Assembly (NCBI GenBank): GCA_965242755.1
Contig: OZ251500.1
Coordinates: forward strand, 950,379 to 1,014,378
DNA: 64,000 bases
Source of the DNA: Dehalococcoidia bacterium
Lineage (GTDB): Bacteria; Chloroflexota; Dehalococcoidia; Lucifugimonadales; Australimonadaceae
Direction of reading: 5' to 3'
Shown here: positions 14,059 through 25,062 of the stretch, piece after piece
Position numbering within the stretch: the stretch's first letter is position 1
Layout of the letters: each line of letters begins with the position of its first letter
Notes under the pieces: model-generated
Told to the model about the DNA's origin: nothing
Seen by the model: the letters and a program-made list of their open reading frames with translations, nothing else
Database searches by the model: none
Made by a program: the position numbers and the translations under genes

Positions 14059-14250
14059 ATGCCGCTGATCATCCACCCGCTCCCTGAGGCGCTAGGGCCC
14101 AGCAACGACGCCAAGCGCGACCGCGACAACCGCAAGAACCAACTGAATCCGAACAACGACGCCTACTGGCGAGCGCAAGGGTTCCCCAAGCGCCCCAACG
14201 ACTGGAAGGCCAGAATCGCCGCCGAGAAGCAGCGGCGAACTTCGAGGTAG
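14059..14250 (+). CDS. Small protein with the DNRKNQLNPNNDAYWRAQGFPKRPNDWKARI motif (tandem paralog)
   Basis: AAGGAG RBS. 63 aa. Motif is nearly identical to that of 13764-14042. Confidence 0.6.
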   Translation: MPLIIHPLPEALGPSNDAKRDRDNRKNQLNPNNDAYWRAQGFPKRPNDWKARIAAEKQRRTSR

Positions 14251-14299
14251 CCAAACCGCTCGGCCCCTCCATCCGCATCGTTGCGGCGCCCCTATGCCG

Positions 14300-14470
14300 G
14301 CCTGCCCGCGTAGGCGGGAATCCAGTCGGCGCGCAAGCGCCACGAGACGGGCGCCCCGTCCCCGGCTGGGTTTTGCGCCTCCGCGGGTGAGGGTTGCCCA
14401 GCAGGTTCCCGCTTGCGCGGTCAGGGCGTGGCCCCGGGGATGGCTTGGCGCGCGCAAGCGCCGATTGATG
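14300..14470. repeat. Mosaic repeat cluster
   Basis: cccgcgtaggcgggaatccagtcggcgcgcaagcgccacgagacggg.., gggtgagggttgcc, ggttcccgcttgcgcgg. Confidence 0.8.
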
Positions 14471-14513
14471 GCGGAGCCCCTTGCGGTAGCGTAAGAAATT
14501 GAGGAGTCAGGAG

Positions 14514-15032
14514 ATGTCGACCACGGCGAAACCCTTCGCGCCTCCGTTCGACGAGGGGCTGGACCTCGACCCGCCGCGAGAGACGCATGCGACGCATAGC
14601 AGGCGGCTGCGCGCCCGATCCGCCCGCTCGCTGAAAGACGGCGAACGAGTCGCAGGCTCCGAAGAGACATGGGGCGCGGCGGTGCATGCGGTCAAGGCGA
14701 TTGCCCGCAAACGCGGATGGCCGCATCACGAGCATCGCGCCTACGGCGTCATCGCCAACCGCATCGGCGCCCTCGCAGAGAACGAGCGCATCGGGGAACT
14801 GTTCGCCGCCATCGAGAGCCTCCACCGCAACTTCTCCGACGACGAGTCGGAATCGGAACTACGGATCGGGCAGGAGCGTCTGGCACGGCTGCTCGCGTTC
14901 CTCAAAGAGGCGGACAAAACCATCCCGCCGAACGCCGAGCCGCCGACCGACCCCGACTACCGCAAGCGCGCCGCCGCCTACCTGCGGAAGCATTACCGCC
15001 GCGCCCCAGCCGCATCCGCCCGCAAGCGGTAG
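14514..15032 (+). CDS. PaREP1/HEPN-like helical protein, paralog 2
   Basis: GERVAGSEETWGAAVHAVKAIARKRGWPHHEH (R-x5-H) and SLHRNFSDD. GAGGAG RBS. Confidence 0.6.
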   Translation: MSTTAKPFAPPFDEGLDLDPPRETHATHSRRLRARSARSLKDGERVAGSEETWGAAVHAVKAIARKRGWPHHEHRAYGVIANRIGALAENERIGELFAAIESLHRNFSDDESESELRIGQERLARLLAFLKEADKTIPPNAEPPTDPDYRKRAAAYLRKHYRRAPAASARKR

Positions 15033-15039
15033 CCCCCGG

Positions 15040-15258
15040 TCCCGTCATTCCCGCGCAGCCGCGAACCCAGCCGGCGCGATAGCGCCACGACGGGGCGTCC
15101 CGCGCCCCGTCCCCAAGCCATCCCCCGGCTACCTCGCCCTGACCGCGAAAGCGGGAACCTATTGGGCCTTGCCGCCCTCCCTCGAAGCGACGAACCCAGT
15201 GGCGCGAAAGCGCCAACCCCCCTCTCCTTCTGGAGACCTTTGCATAACCCACCCGCCC
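15040..15258. repeat. Mosaic repeat cluster
   Basis: gtcattcccgcgcagccgcgaacccagccggcgcgatagcgccacgacgggg.., ccgcgaaagcgggaacctattggg, cctctccttctggagacctttgcataaccc. Confidence 0.85.
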
Positions 15259-15260
15259 CT

Positions 15261-15402
15261 GCTCGCGTTCCTCAAAGAGGCGGACAAAGCCGTTCCGCCG
15301 AACGCCGAGCCGCCGACCGACCCCGACTATCGCAAGCGCGCCGCCGCCTACCTGCGGAAGCATTACCGTCGCGCCCCAGCCGCGTCCGCCCGCGAGCGGT
15401 AG
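15261..15402 (+). pseudogene. Duplicated 3' fragment of the PaREP1-like gene (last 46 codons and stop)
   Basis: 142 nt align with 14891-15032 at 7 mismatches. Encodes LLAFLKEADKAVPPNAEPPTDPDYRKRAAAYLRKHYRRAPAASARER-stop with no 5' part. Confidence 0.85.
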
Positions 15403-15454
15403 CCCTCCCCTGCCGCCAGCCGCTCGGACCCCGGCCTTGCCGAGACCTCGCCCG

Positions 15455-15645
15455 CCCTGCCCGCATAGGCGGGAATGACGCGGCGCTTGGGGTAGAAGAG
15501 GGGCAGCGCCTTACGCGGCGGGGGGGTTCGCGGCTACGCGGGGAGGGCGTGGCCTGGCGCCTACGCGGGCAGGGCGGCGCGGCATGGCAAGGCGGCGTTG
15601 ATTGGTTCCCTCGCCTTACCAGGGAGAGGGTTAGGGTGAATGTGG
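15455..15645. repeat. Mosaic repeat cluster
   Basis: cccgcataggcgggaatgacgcgg, several ctacgcggg units, cagggagagggttagggtga. Confidence 0.75.
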
Positions 15646-15695
15646 TTCCGCGCCTCGTTGGCGACCCGCAGGCAGCCCGCCCCCAACCCCGCGCC

Positions 15696-15704
15696 TGCTA
15701 GAAT
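15696..15704 (+). promoter_or_regulatory. Extended -10-like element TGcTAGAAT, 6 nt upstream of the lepA GTG
   Basis: TG at 15696-15697, TAGAAT at 15699-15704, GTG at 15711. No Shine-Dalgarno sequence can fit between them. Confidence 0.4.
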
Positions 15705-15710
15705 GGGCGC

Positions 15711-17552
<1,842 letters not shown>

Positions 17553-17619
17553 GGGATGGGGGCGCGGGGGTTCGCAGGATGCCCCCTCGCCGTCAAGAGG
17601 CGTTGCGTTCATCTTCCGT

Positions 17620-18066
17620 TCAGCGGCCAATCGGGTAGGGACGAACGAAATCGCCTGGGAAGAGGTCGAACCCTCCGAGCGCGAAGTCCCCGTCGAAGGA
17701 GAAGACGGTGGAAACGGACCTCGACTCCATAACCGCCATTGACGCCGCGTCAACGTAGGATAGGTGGGGCCCGATGGGAGACGTCAGGATCTGCGCCGTT
17801 CGCCGGTGGTCCTCTTCGGTCTGGAAACGCAGGTTGAAACCGCTGAGCAGCGTGAGCCAATCCCTCGCCGCCTGGAACCCCAACCTCTGATACGCCAACT
17901 GGTGCGTTTCCGCCACCACGAGGTTGGAAGTGATGAGCGCCGCCCTTCGGTTCGCCAGTTCGACGAAGCCGTCGACCGCCCGCTGATGCCATTGGTCGCT
18001 TCGGTCAAGCCTCGCGTAAAAGGCCGACGTGTCCACGAACAGATGACGCGCGGCGCCGCTAGCCAT
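17620..18066 (-). CDS. PIN-domain toxin (VapC-like)
   Basis: LFVDTSAFYARLDRSD.., ..VVAETHQL.., ..SYVDAASMAVM.., ..VFSFDGDF carry the PIN acidic residues. Overlaps the upstream gene by 8 nt. Confidence 0.75.
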   Translation of the reverse strand: MASGAARHLFVDTSAFYARLDRSDQWHQRAVDGFVELANRRAALITSNLVVAETHQLAYQRLGFQAARDWLTLLSGFNLRFQTEEDHRRTAQILTSPIGPHLSYVDAASMAVMESRSVSTVFSFDGDFALGGFDLFPGDFVRPYPIGR

Positions 18067-18625
18067 CGTTTCCCCAATTCTCGTCGAGGGAGCTCATCGC
18101 GTAGTAGGGCGCGTGGGCTTCCGCCGCGTAAAGCGTGGGGCGGGAGCGGGGAGGCCGCCCCAGGTATTCGTCGTGGAGGGCGGCGACGTCGCGCAAGCCG
18201 CTGGCGGAGGGCGTGTACCTCAGGAAGGCGTCGTTCAGCCCAAACTCCCGCATTTCGCCCGCGTAGGACTCCTCGTACCAAGCGAGGAGGTCATGGAACC
18301 GTTCGGGAATTTCGCGCTGCTTGGGCTGCGTCTTGCCCTGCGCGCGGTCGGAGTGGCACGGGTCCCCCTCGCGGTAAAGGGCATTCAACGCGCCGCGCTT
18401 CGTGATCATGCGGTTCCTGCTCGGGCTCACGGGCTTCGTGGCGACGGAATGCTGGGAGACGTGCGACACTACGCCGGGCGGAACGCTCCCGAACTCCTGG
18501 CGGACGCGGTCGCGGATCTCCGCGCCGCTGAAGCCGGCGCGCGCCGGGTTCTCGCGCGTGAGGAGCGCAAGCGCAATCCACACCTGGTCGGCGACTTTGG
18601 CCATATTCGCGGCGAGCGTGTTCAT
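18059..18625 (-). CDS. 188-aa protein in the antitoxin position upstream of VapC; family not recognised
   Basis: GAGGAG RBS. Coupled to the PIN gene. Much longer than typical VapB/Phd/AbrB antitoxins. Confidence 0.6.
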   Translation of the reverse strand: MNTLAANMAKVADQVWIALALLTRENPARAGFSGAEIRDRVRQEFGSVPPGVVSHVSQHSVATKPVSPSRNRMITKRGALNALYREGDPCHSDRAQGKTQPKQREIPERFHDLLAWYEESYAGEMREFGLNDAFLRYTPSASGLRDVAALHDEYLGRPPRSRPTLYAAEAHAPYYAMSSLDENWGNDG

Positions 18626-18655
18626 CGCTGTCTCCTCACTAACATCATAACATAC

Positions 18656-18685
18656 ATTCTACCCCATCGCAAGCCGAACTTGCAA
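18656..18685 (-). promoter_or_regulatory. Promoter (TTGCAA-18-TAGAAT) built from a relic gene 3' end
   Basis: On the minus strand, TTGCAA is at 18685-18680 and TAGAAT at 18661-18656. The segment 18659-18702 is 40/44 identical to 19889-19932. Confidence 0.45.
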
Positions 18686-18760
18686 GGCAAGCGATTCGGC
18701 GGCGGAATTCTGCAAGCCTAAATCCCCGCCTGCGCGCTTCGCCGTCCGCGCAGGCGCGGC

Positions 18761-19852
18761 TTACGCGAACGCGGGGATGACCTCCTTGCCGAAGAGCGCG
18801 ATGGACTCTTCCACCATTGCGTGGGGCATTCGCCCGATGTGGAACTTGCCCGCGAAGTGGTCGTAGCCGATGCGGTCGCGGCCCTCGGCGATGCGCCGGG
18901 CGACCGTCTCCGGGGCGCCGACGATGGCGAGGCCGTTGTCGATCCAGAAGTCGTAGGAGCGGGCGCATTCGCGGAAGATGCGTCCGCGCTCGCGGATGTC
19001 CTCGCTGTCCTCGCTGCCCATTCCGCGCGGATGCGAGCCGAAGCCGACGCGGCTCGCCGCGACCAACTCGCGCCCCAGCGTGTTCGCCTCCAACAGGTAC
19101 CGGCTCGCCTGCTCGCGGGCTTTGGCGTCCGTTTCCGCGACGTGCACGACGCGCATGAGGAACTGACGGGGCATCGGGCCGTCGTGTCCGTGAGACTCCC
19201 ATGCGGCGCGCCATTCGGCGAACTTGCGCTCCATCGAGGCGTCCGTGTCGATGTTCTGCGCCATGTGGTAGCCGCGCCGGGCGGCGAACGCTATCGCGCG
19301 CGAACTATGGACGGCCGCCCATATCGGAGGGCGCGGCCGCTGATACGGCATCGGCTGGACGATGGCCTCGTCGATCCGCCAAAACTTGCCCTCGTAGGTG
19401 ACCGAGCCGTCGCCGCTCCATGCGGCCTCGATGATGTTCAGCGCTTCCTCGCTCATCTCCTGACGGGCGTAGAAGTCCATCCCCCAGCGCAGGAACTCAT
19501 GCTCGTGGACGCCGATGCCGGTTCCGAACTCGACGCGCCCGCCGGAGAGGTGGTCGAGCATGGCGATGTCCTGCGCGAGGCGCACCGGATGATGGAAGGG
19601 CAGTTGCCAGATCATCGTGCCGAGGCGGAGCGACTCGGTGTGGCGGGCGACGGCGGTGAGGAATATCTGCGGGGAGGTGACGGCGCCGACGTAGGAGCCT
19701 TGGTGCTCCAGCGTCCAGTAGCAGCCGAATCCGGCGCGCTCCATCAGTTGCGCCTGGCGGATATGCGTCTCGTAGACCTCGGCGGCGCTGGGCGCGCGGA
19801 GCGTCTCGTAGGTCTGCATCTGGTCCCATACGCCGAACTCGATTCGGGTCAT
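18761..19852 (-). CDS. LLM-class flavin-dependent oxidoreductase (luciferase-like monooxygenase)
   Basis: 363 aa. Pattern FGCYWTLEHQG.., HLSGGRVEFGTGIG typical of the LLM family. Confidence 0.8.
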   Translation of the reverse strand: MTRIEFGVWDQMQTYETLRAPSAAEVYETHIRQAQLMERAGFGCYWTLEHQGSYVGAVTSPQIFLTAVARHTESLRLGTMIWQLPFHHPVRLAQDIAMLDHLSGGRVEFGTGIGVHEHEFLRWGMDFYARQEMSEEALNIIEAAWSGDGSVTYEGKFWRIDEAIVQPMPYQRPRPPIWAAVHSSRAIAFAARRGYHMAQNIDTDASMERKFAEWRAAWESHGHDGPMPRQFLMRVVHVAETDAKAREQASRYLLEANTLGRELVAASRVGFGSHPRGMGSEDSEDIRERGRIFRECARSYDFWIDNGLAIVGAPETVARRIAEGRDRIGYDHFAGKFHIGRMPHAMVEESIALFGKEVIPAFA

Positions 19853-19888
19853 TCGCAGCGTCTCCGTCTTGTCAAGCGATGATTGCGC

Positions 19889-20344
19889 CTACCCCATCGC
19901 AAGCCGCACTTGCAAGGCGAGCGGGTCGGCGAGCGTTGAGCGGTAGGCATTGTAGTCGGCGATGAGCGCCCAGCGTTCGCGGTAGACGGCGAGCCGGTCG
20001 GCCAGCGGCTCGTCCGCGGGAGCGTCGAGGTCGAGCGTCCACTCGGGCTCGCCGGGCGCGCCCGCCGCGAATCGCTCGAACACGGCGGAGGGAAGCGGCC
20101 ACGCCTCGCCGTCCGCCGCCGCGCACAGGACGAACAGGTGCGGGCGCGGGCGGAACCGACGCATAACGAACGCGCGCCCGTTGTCCGGGGACGCGGGCTC
20201 CTTGACGACGACCTCTACGTACTGGCCGTCGCCGGTCCGAACGGCGAGGTCGACGCCGGCTGCTCCGCCGACCGGCTCGAACACGGCGGCGCCGCGCTGG
20301 ACGAGTTCCTCGACGGCGCGCCGTTTCGCGTCTTGCTCCGCCAT
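19889..20344 (-). CDS. Hypothetical 151-aa protein with a possible PD-(D/E)xK-like core
   Basis: GVDLAVRTGDGQYVEVVVKE has D..E-x-K spacing. Starts 11 nt after the hemB stop on the same strand. Confidence 0.45.
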   Translation of the reverse strand: MAEQDAKRRAVEELVQRGAAVFEPVGGAAGVDLAVRTGDGQYVEVVVKEPASPDNGRAFVMRRFRPRPHLFVLCAAADGEAWPLPSAVFERFAAGAPGEPEWTLDLDAPADEPLADRLAVYRERWALIADYNAYRSTLADPLALQVRLAMG

Positions 20345-20355
20345 AGCGCTACGCC

Positions 20356-21372
20356 TCATTCCCGCAGCAGCCGCGCCGCGTCCTTTGCGAAGTAGGTGAT
20401 GACGATGTCCGCGCCGGCGCGCTTGATGCTTGCGAGCGTCTCGAGCATCGCCGCGCGCTCGTCCAGCCAGCCGTTGGCGGCGGCGGCGCGCAGCATAGCG
20501 TACTCGCCGGAGACGTTGTAGGCCGCGATGGGCAGATCGAAGGCCGCCCGCGCCTGCGCGACGATGTCCAGGTAGGCGAGCGCGGGCTTGACCATGAGGA
20601 TGTCCGCGCCTTCGGCGGCGTCCTGCCGGAGTTCGCGCATCGCTTCCCGCGCGTTCGCGCCGTCCATCTGATACGCCTTGCGGTCGCCGAACTGCGGGGC
20701 GGAGTCCGCCGCGGCGCGGAACGGCCCGTAGAAGGCCGACGCCATTTTGGAGGCGTAGGCCATCACCGCGACGTCCGTCCGCCCTTCCGCGTCCAGCGCG
20801 GCGCGGATCGCGGCGACTTGGCCGTCCATCATCGCCGACGGCGCGACGACGTCCGCTCCCGCCTCCGCGTGCGAAACCGCCGTCCGCGCCAGCAGGTTGA
20901 GCGTTTCGTCGTTGGCGACGGAGCCGTCCTCGCGCAGCGTTCCGCAGTGGCCATGGTCGGTGTATTCGCAGAGGCAAACGTCCGTCATCACGACGAGGTC
21001 GGGGACGGCGCTCTTCAGCGCGGCGACGGCCTGCTGAACGACGCCGTCCGGCGCGTAGGCGCCCGTTCCGAGCGCGTCTTTGCCGGACGGCAGGCCGAAC
21101 AGCAGCAGCGCGCGAATCCCCAGAGCCGCCGCTTCCTCGCCCTCTTTGACGAGGTTGTCCACGGAGACTTGCGCCTGCCCCGGCATCGGCTCGATGGGGA
21201 CGCGCAGGTTGCGCCCGGGCGTTACGAACACGGGATAGACGAAATCGGCGGGGCGGAGCGACGTTTCGCGCATCAGGTCGCGGAGCGCGGGCGTTCGCCG
21301 CAGCCGGCGCGGGCGCGCCTGGGGGAAGCGCGCCGTTTCGCCTTCGCGCCCCCGGGCAAGCGGGTCAGGCAT
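20356..21372 (-). CDS. hemB: Porphobilinogen synthase (delta-aminolevulinate dehydratase)
   Basis: [61 protein letters not shown]. Confidence 0.95.
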   Translation of the reverse strand: MPDPLARGREGETARFPQARPRRLRRTPALRDLMRETSLRPADFVYPVFVTPGRNLRVPIEPMPGQAQVSVDNLVKEGEEAAALGIRALLLFGLPSGKDALGTGAYAPDGVVQQAVAALKSAVPDLVVMTDVCLCEYTDHGHCGTLREDGSVANDETLNLLARTAVSHAEAGADVVAPSAMMDGQVAAIRAALDAEGRTDVAVMAYASKMASAFYGPFRAAADSAPQFGDRKAYQMDGANAREAMRELRQDAAEGADILMVKPALAYLDIVAQARAAFDLPIAAYNVSGEYAMLRAAAANGWLDERAAMLETLASIKRAGADIVITYFAKDAARLLRE

Positions 21373-22885
21373 CGCTCATCGCCTCCGTCGCCGCGTCCAC
21401 GACGCCCTGCGCCGTATGCTCCCGCGCCTCCGCCGTCACGCGAATGCCCAATTCCGCCGCCGCCGCGCTTGTGACCGGCCCGATGGAGATGACTTTGCAG
21501 CGGTTCACCAAAGCGGCGTCTCCTCCGAGCAGGCCGACGAGGTTGCGCGCCGCCGACGCGCTCGTGAACGTAACCGCGTCCAGCATACCGGACTCGAGCG
21601 TTTCCCGCGCCTGCGCCGCCGCGTCCGCCGGCGCCGCCGTGCGGTACGCCGCGACCTCCGTCACCGCCGCCCCTAGCCGGCGCAAGCCGTCCGGCAGCGC
21701 GGGCGATGCGATGTCCGCGCGCGGCAGAAGCACTTTGGCGCCGCGAACGCCGCGGTCGGCGAACGACTCCGCCACCGATTGCCCGGTCGAGGCGGACGGC
21801 ATGAGGTCGGCGTTGACGCCGCGCTCGCGGAGCGCCTCCGCCGTCGCCGGGCCGATGGCCGCGACGCTGGCCGTCGCGAACGCCCGCGCGTCCCTCCCTT
21901 GCGCCGCGAGCCGCGTGAACACGGCCTCGACGCCGTTCGCGCTCGTGAACGCGACCCAATCAAAGCCGCCCAAATCCGATAGCGCCGCGTCCAACGCGGA
22001 TGCGTCCGCGAGGGGGCGCACCTCTATCGCGGGCAGTTCGACCGGCTCCGCGCCGCGCTCGGCGAGCAAGCGGCTGAGCGCGCTCGCTTGCGCCCGCGAC
22101 CTAGTGACCAGAACGCGCTTGCCGAAAAGCGGCCCTGCGTCGAACCAGCGCAGCGATGGCCGGAGCGCGGCGGTTTCGCCGATCACGACGACCGCCGGGG
22201 CGCCGAGCCCCGCCTCCGCCGCTTTCGCCGCGGCGTCGGCCAGCGTCGCGCTCACCGTCCGCTGCCGGGGGAGCGTCCCCCATTGCGTTACGCAAACCGG
22301 CGTGTCGGGCGCGCGCCCTCCGCGCATCAGCGCGTCCGCTATGGCGGGCAGGCTGCGCCAGCCCATCAGAACGACGAGCGTCCCGGGCGTTTTGGCGAGC
22401 GCGCCCCAATCCAACCCTCCGCTGGGATTCGACGGGTCTTCCGAACCCGCGACGACGGTGAACGCGGACGCGGCGCCCCGATGCGTGACCGGAACGCCGG
22501 CGTAGGCGGGCGCGGCGACGGCGGACGTCACACCGGGGACGACATCGAATCGGACGCCGGCCTCCGCAAGCGCCGCCGCCTCTTCCCCGCCGCGTCCGAA
22601 CACGAACGGATCGCCTCCCTTGAGCCGCGCGACCCGCTTGCCCCGCCGCGCCAGCGCGACGAGTCGGCCGTTGATGAAATCCTGGAAATCGGCGGGCGTG
22701 TCCGGCTCTTTCCCAACGTAGATGAGTTCCGCGTTCGGCGCGAGGCGCAGCAGCGCAGGCGAGACGAGCCGGTCGTAGACGACCGCGTCCGCCCTCCGCA
22801 GCAGATCGGCGCCCTTCACGGTGATGAGCCCCGGATCGCCCGGCCCGGCCCCAATGATGGAGACGACTCCCTCGTTCGCCGTCAT
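21365..22885 (-). CDS. Fused uroporphyrinogen-III C-methyltransferase / uroporphyrinogen-III synthase (CobA/HemD)
   Basis: N-terminal [24 protein letters not shown] (SUMT), then a HemD-like half. ATGA overlap with hemC. Confidence 0.85.
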   Translation of the reverse strand: MTANEGVVSIIGAGPGDPGLITVKGADLLRRADAVVYDRLVSPALLRLAPNAELIYVGKEPDTPADFQDFINGRLVALARRGKRVARLKGGDPFVFGRGGEEAAALAEAGVRFDVVPGVTSAVAAPAYAGVPVTHRGAASAFTVVAGSEDPSNPSGGLDWGALAKTPGTLVVLMGWRSLPAIADALMRGGRAPDTPVCVTQWGTLPRQRTVSATLADAAAKAAEAGLGAPAVVVIGETAALRPSLRWFDAGPLFGKRVLVTRSRAQASALSRLLAERGAEPVELPAIEVRPLADASALDAALSDLGGFDWVAFTSANGVEAVFTRLAAQGRDARAFATASVAAIGPATAEALRERGVNADLMPSASTGQSVAESFADRGVRGAKVLLPRADIASPALPDGLRRLGAAVTEVAAYRTAAPADAAAQARETLESGMLDAVTFTSASAARNLVGLLGGDAALVNRCKVISIGPVTSAAAAELGIRVTAEAREHTAQGVVDAATEAMSDA

Positions 22886-23799
22886 TCGGACGCCTCTAGC
22901 AGCGCGTCCAATCCCTGCTCCAGCAACGCGCGATAGGCCGCTCGACCCAGGATCTCCGGATCGGACGAGTCCCCTGTGACCTCGACGCGGCAACTCGTCG
23001 AGCCGTCGGCGGGGGCGGCGCACGCGAAGAGCCGCATCTCGTTCCCATGCGCTTCTGTGAACGCTCCGATGGGCAAGGCGCAGCCGCTTCCCGCGGCGCG
23101 GAGCAGTTCGCGCTCCGCCTCGACCGCCGCCGCCGTGGGCGGATGCGCCAGCCGCCGCGCGAGCGCAAGCGCATCCGCGTCGTCCGATCTCGCCTCAACG
23201 GCAAGCGCGCCCTGCCCCGGCGCGGGAGCGCAAACGCGGGGCGAGAGAAACTCCGCGACGCGGTCGGCCATGCCCAGCCGGTTGACGCCCGCCGCCGCGA
23301 TCACGACGCCGTCGTAGTCCGGCCCCTCCGACTTGGCGATGCGCGTCTCCACGTTGCCGCGAATGGGCGACACGACGATGTCCTTCCGCCCATGCGCGAG
23401 TTGCCCGGCGCGGCGCGGGCTGCTCGTGCCGATGCGCGCCCCGGCGGGCAGATCGATCAGCCGCGCGCCCCAGCGATTCACCAGAACGTCGCGCGCGTCC
23501 TCGCGCTCCAAAACGGCGACGGCGGCGAGGCCGTCCGGCTGCAGGGTGGGGAGGTCTTTCATGCTGTGGACCGCCATATCCACGCGCCCGTCGAGCAGCG
23601 CGCGCTCCAAAGCGGAGGTGAATGCGCCCCTACCAAGCGAGGCGAGCGGCGCGTCCGGCTGCTCGTCGCCCGCCGACGCGACGGCCTCGACGCGGACGCT
23701 GAGGCCCGGCTCGGCGACCGCGAGCGCGGCGGCGACCGCCCGCGCCTGGACGAGCGCCAGTTTGCTGCCGCGCGCGCCGATGACGACCGGGCGGGACAC
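22882..23799 (-). CDS. hemC: Hydroxymethylbilane synthase (porphobilinogen deaminase)
   Basis: IGARGSKLALVQA, AVHSMKDLPT, IGTSSPRR, RGNVETR. Confidence 0.95.
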   Translation of the reverse strand: MSRPVVIGARGSKLALVQARAVAAALAVAEPGLSVRVEAVASAGDEQPDAPLASLGRGAFTSALERALLDGRVDMAVHSMKDLPTLQPDGLAAVAVLEREDARDVLVNRWGARLIDLPAGARIGTSSPRRAGQLAHGRKDIVVSPIRGNVETRIAKSEGPDYDGVVIAAAGVNRLGMADRVAEFLSPRVCAPAPGQGALAVEARSDDADALALARRLAHPPTAAAVEAERELLRAAGSGCALPIGAFTEAHGNEMRLFACAAPADGSTSCRVEVTGDSSDPEILGRAAYRALLEQGLDALLEASE

Positions 23800-23805
23800 G
23801 GCGGC

Positions 23806-25059
23806 CTAGCGCCGCTCGTCCAGCCCGAAGAGTTCGCGGGCGGATTGCGTCAGCGATTCGTCGTTCCGCGCCCGCAGACGGCTCGTCGGATGGTGCAGCA
23901 TCTTCTTCACCAGCGCTTTCGTCATCTTCTCGATCCGCTCGGCGTCCTCCTCCGAGAGGCCGCTCATTCGCCCCAATGTCCGCGACGTCTCGGCGGCGCG
24001 CAGACGCTCCGCCTCGAGGCGCATCGCCGCGATCGTGGGCGTCGCCGCCCGCGCCCGCCACCACTCGCGGAAGCGCGCCGCCTCCTCCGCGACGATCTCC
24101 TCCGCGCGCTCCGCCTCCGCCTGCCGCTCCCGCCGGTTCGCGTCCGTCAGCGCGTCCAGATCGTCCAACGTAAAGAGGCGAACGCCATCCTCTTCCTCCG
24201 CCGACGGATCGACGTCGCGGGGAACGGCCATATCCATAATCGAGAGCGGCCTGCCTCCGCGCCGCGCCGACGCCTCCGCGACGACCTCACGGCTGATGAC
24301 GAAGTCCGGCGCGGCGGTCGCCGTGACTGCGACATCCGCCTCCGCGAGCAGCGACGCGAGGTCGTCGAGCGGCGCGAGTTCCGCGTCGAGTTCGCGCGCG
24401 AGCGCGGCGGCGTTCGCAGGCGTCCGATTCGCCGCGACGATCTTTCCCGCGCCCGCGTCCCGCAGCGCAATGCCGGCGAGCCGCGACGCCTCGCCGGCGC
24501 CGACGATCAGCGCGCGGGCTCCCTCCAACGACCCCAACGCGCGGCGGGCGAGGGCGGCGCAGGCGCGGCTCGCCGAGAGCGCGTTGCGGCCTATCGCCGT
24601 CTCCGTTCGCGCCCGCTTGCCCGTTCGGAGTGCGCCGTGAAAGAGATGCGCCAGCGCTCCGCCGGCGATGCCCCGGCGCCTCGCCGCGCTGAATGCGTCC
24701 CGCACCTGCCCCAGCACCTCGGATTCGCCAATGATCTGCGACTCCAGCCCCGACGCCACGCGGAAGAGATGCTCCACGGCCTCGTCCTGCTCCAGCGTTC
24801 GGAGATAACGGCGATGCGCGCCCGCGTCCACCCGGAAGTGCGTCTCGATGAACCGCTCGATGGCCGCCGCCCCCCGCTTGAGCGTCGGCGCGAGCGTGTA
24901 GACCTCCATGCGGTTGCACGTGCCGACGATCACGCCGCGCCCCGCATGCTCCTGCAGCGCGTCCAGCGCCGCCGGGAGCGTTTCGCTCGTGACGCTCAAC
25001 TCCTCGCGGATCTCCAACGGCGCGGCGCGATGGCTCACGCCCGTGAGCACGATCCGCAT
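23806..25059 (-). CDS. hemA: Glutamyl-tRNA reductase
   Basis: GVSHRAAPLEIRE, TCNRMEVY, ESQIIGE, VGAGE. Confidence 0.95.
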   Translation of the reverse strand: MRIVLTGVSHRAAPLEIREELSVTSETLPAALDALQEHAGRGVIVGTCNRMEVYTLAPTLKRGAAAIERFIETHFRVDAGAHRRYLRTLEQDEAVEHLFRVASGLESQIIGESEVLGQVRDAFSAARRRGIAGGALAHLFHGALRTGKRARTETAIGRNALSASRACAALARRALGSLEGARALIVGAGEASRLAGIALRDAGAGKIVAANRTPANAAALARELDAELAPLDDLASLLAEADVAVTATAAPDFVISREVVAEASARRGGRPLSIMDMAVPRDVDPSAEEEDGVRLFTLDDLDALTDANRRERQAEAERAEEIVAEEAARFREWWRARAATPTIAAMRLEAERLRAAETSRTLGRMSGLSEEDAERIEKMTKALVKKMLHHPTSRLRARNDESLTQSARELFGLDERR

Positions 25060-25062
25060 CGC

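Noticed and set aside
19889-20977. 362-aa minus-strand ORF
   Set aside because: The N-terminal two-thirds is an out-of-frame shadow of hemB. Only the last 151 aa (from ATG 20344) look like a gene.
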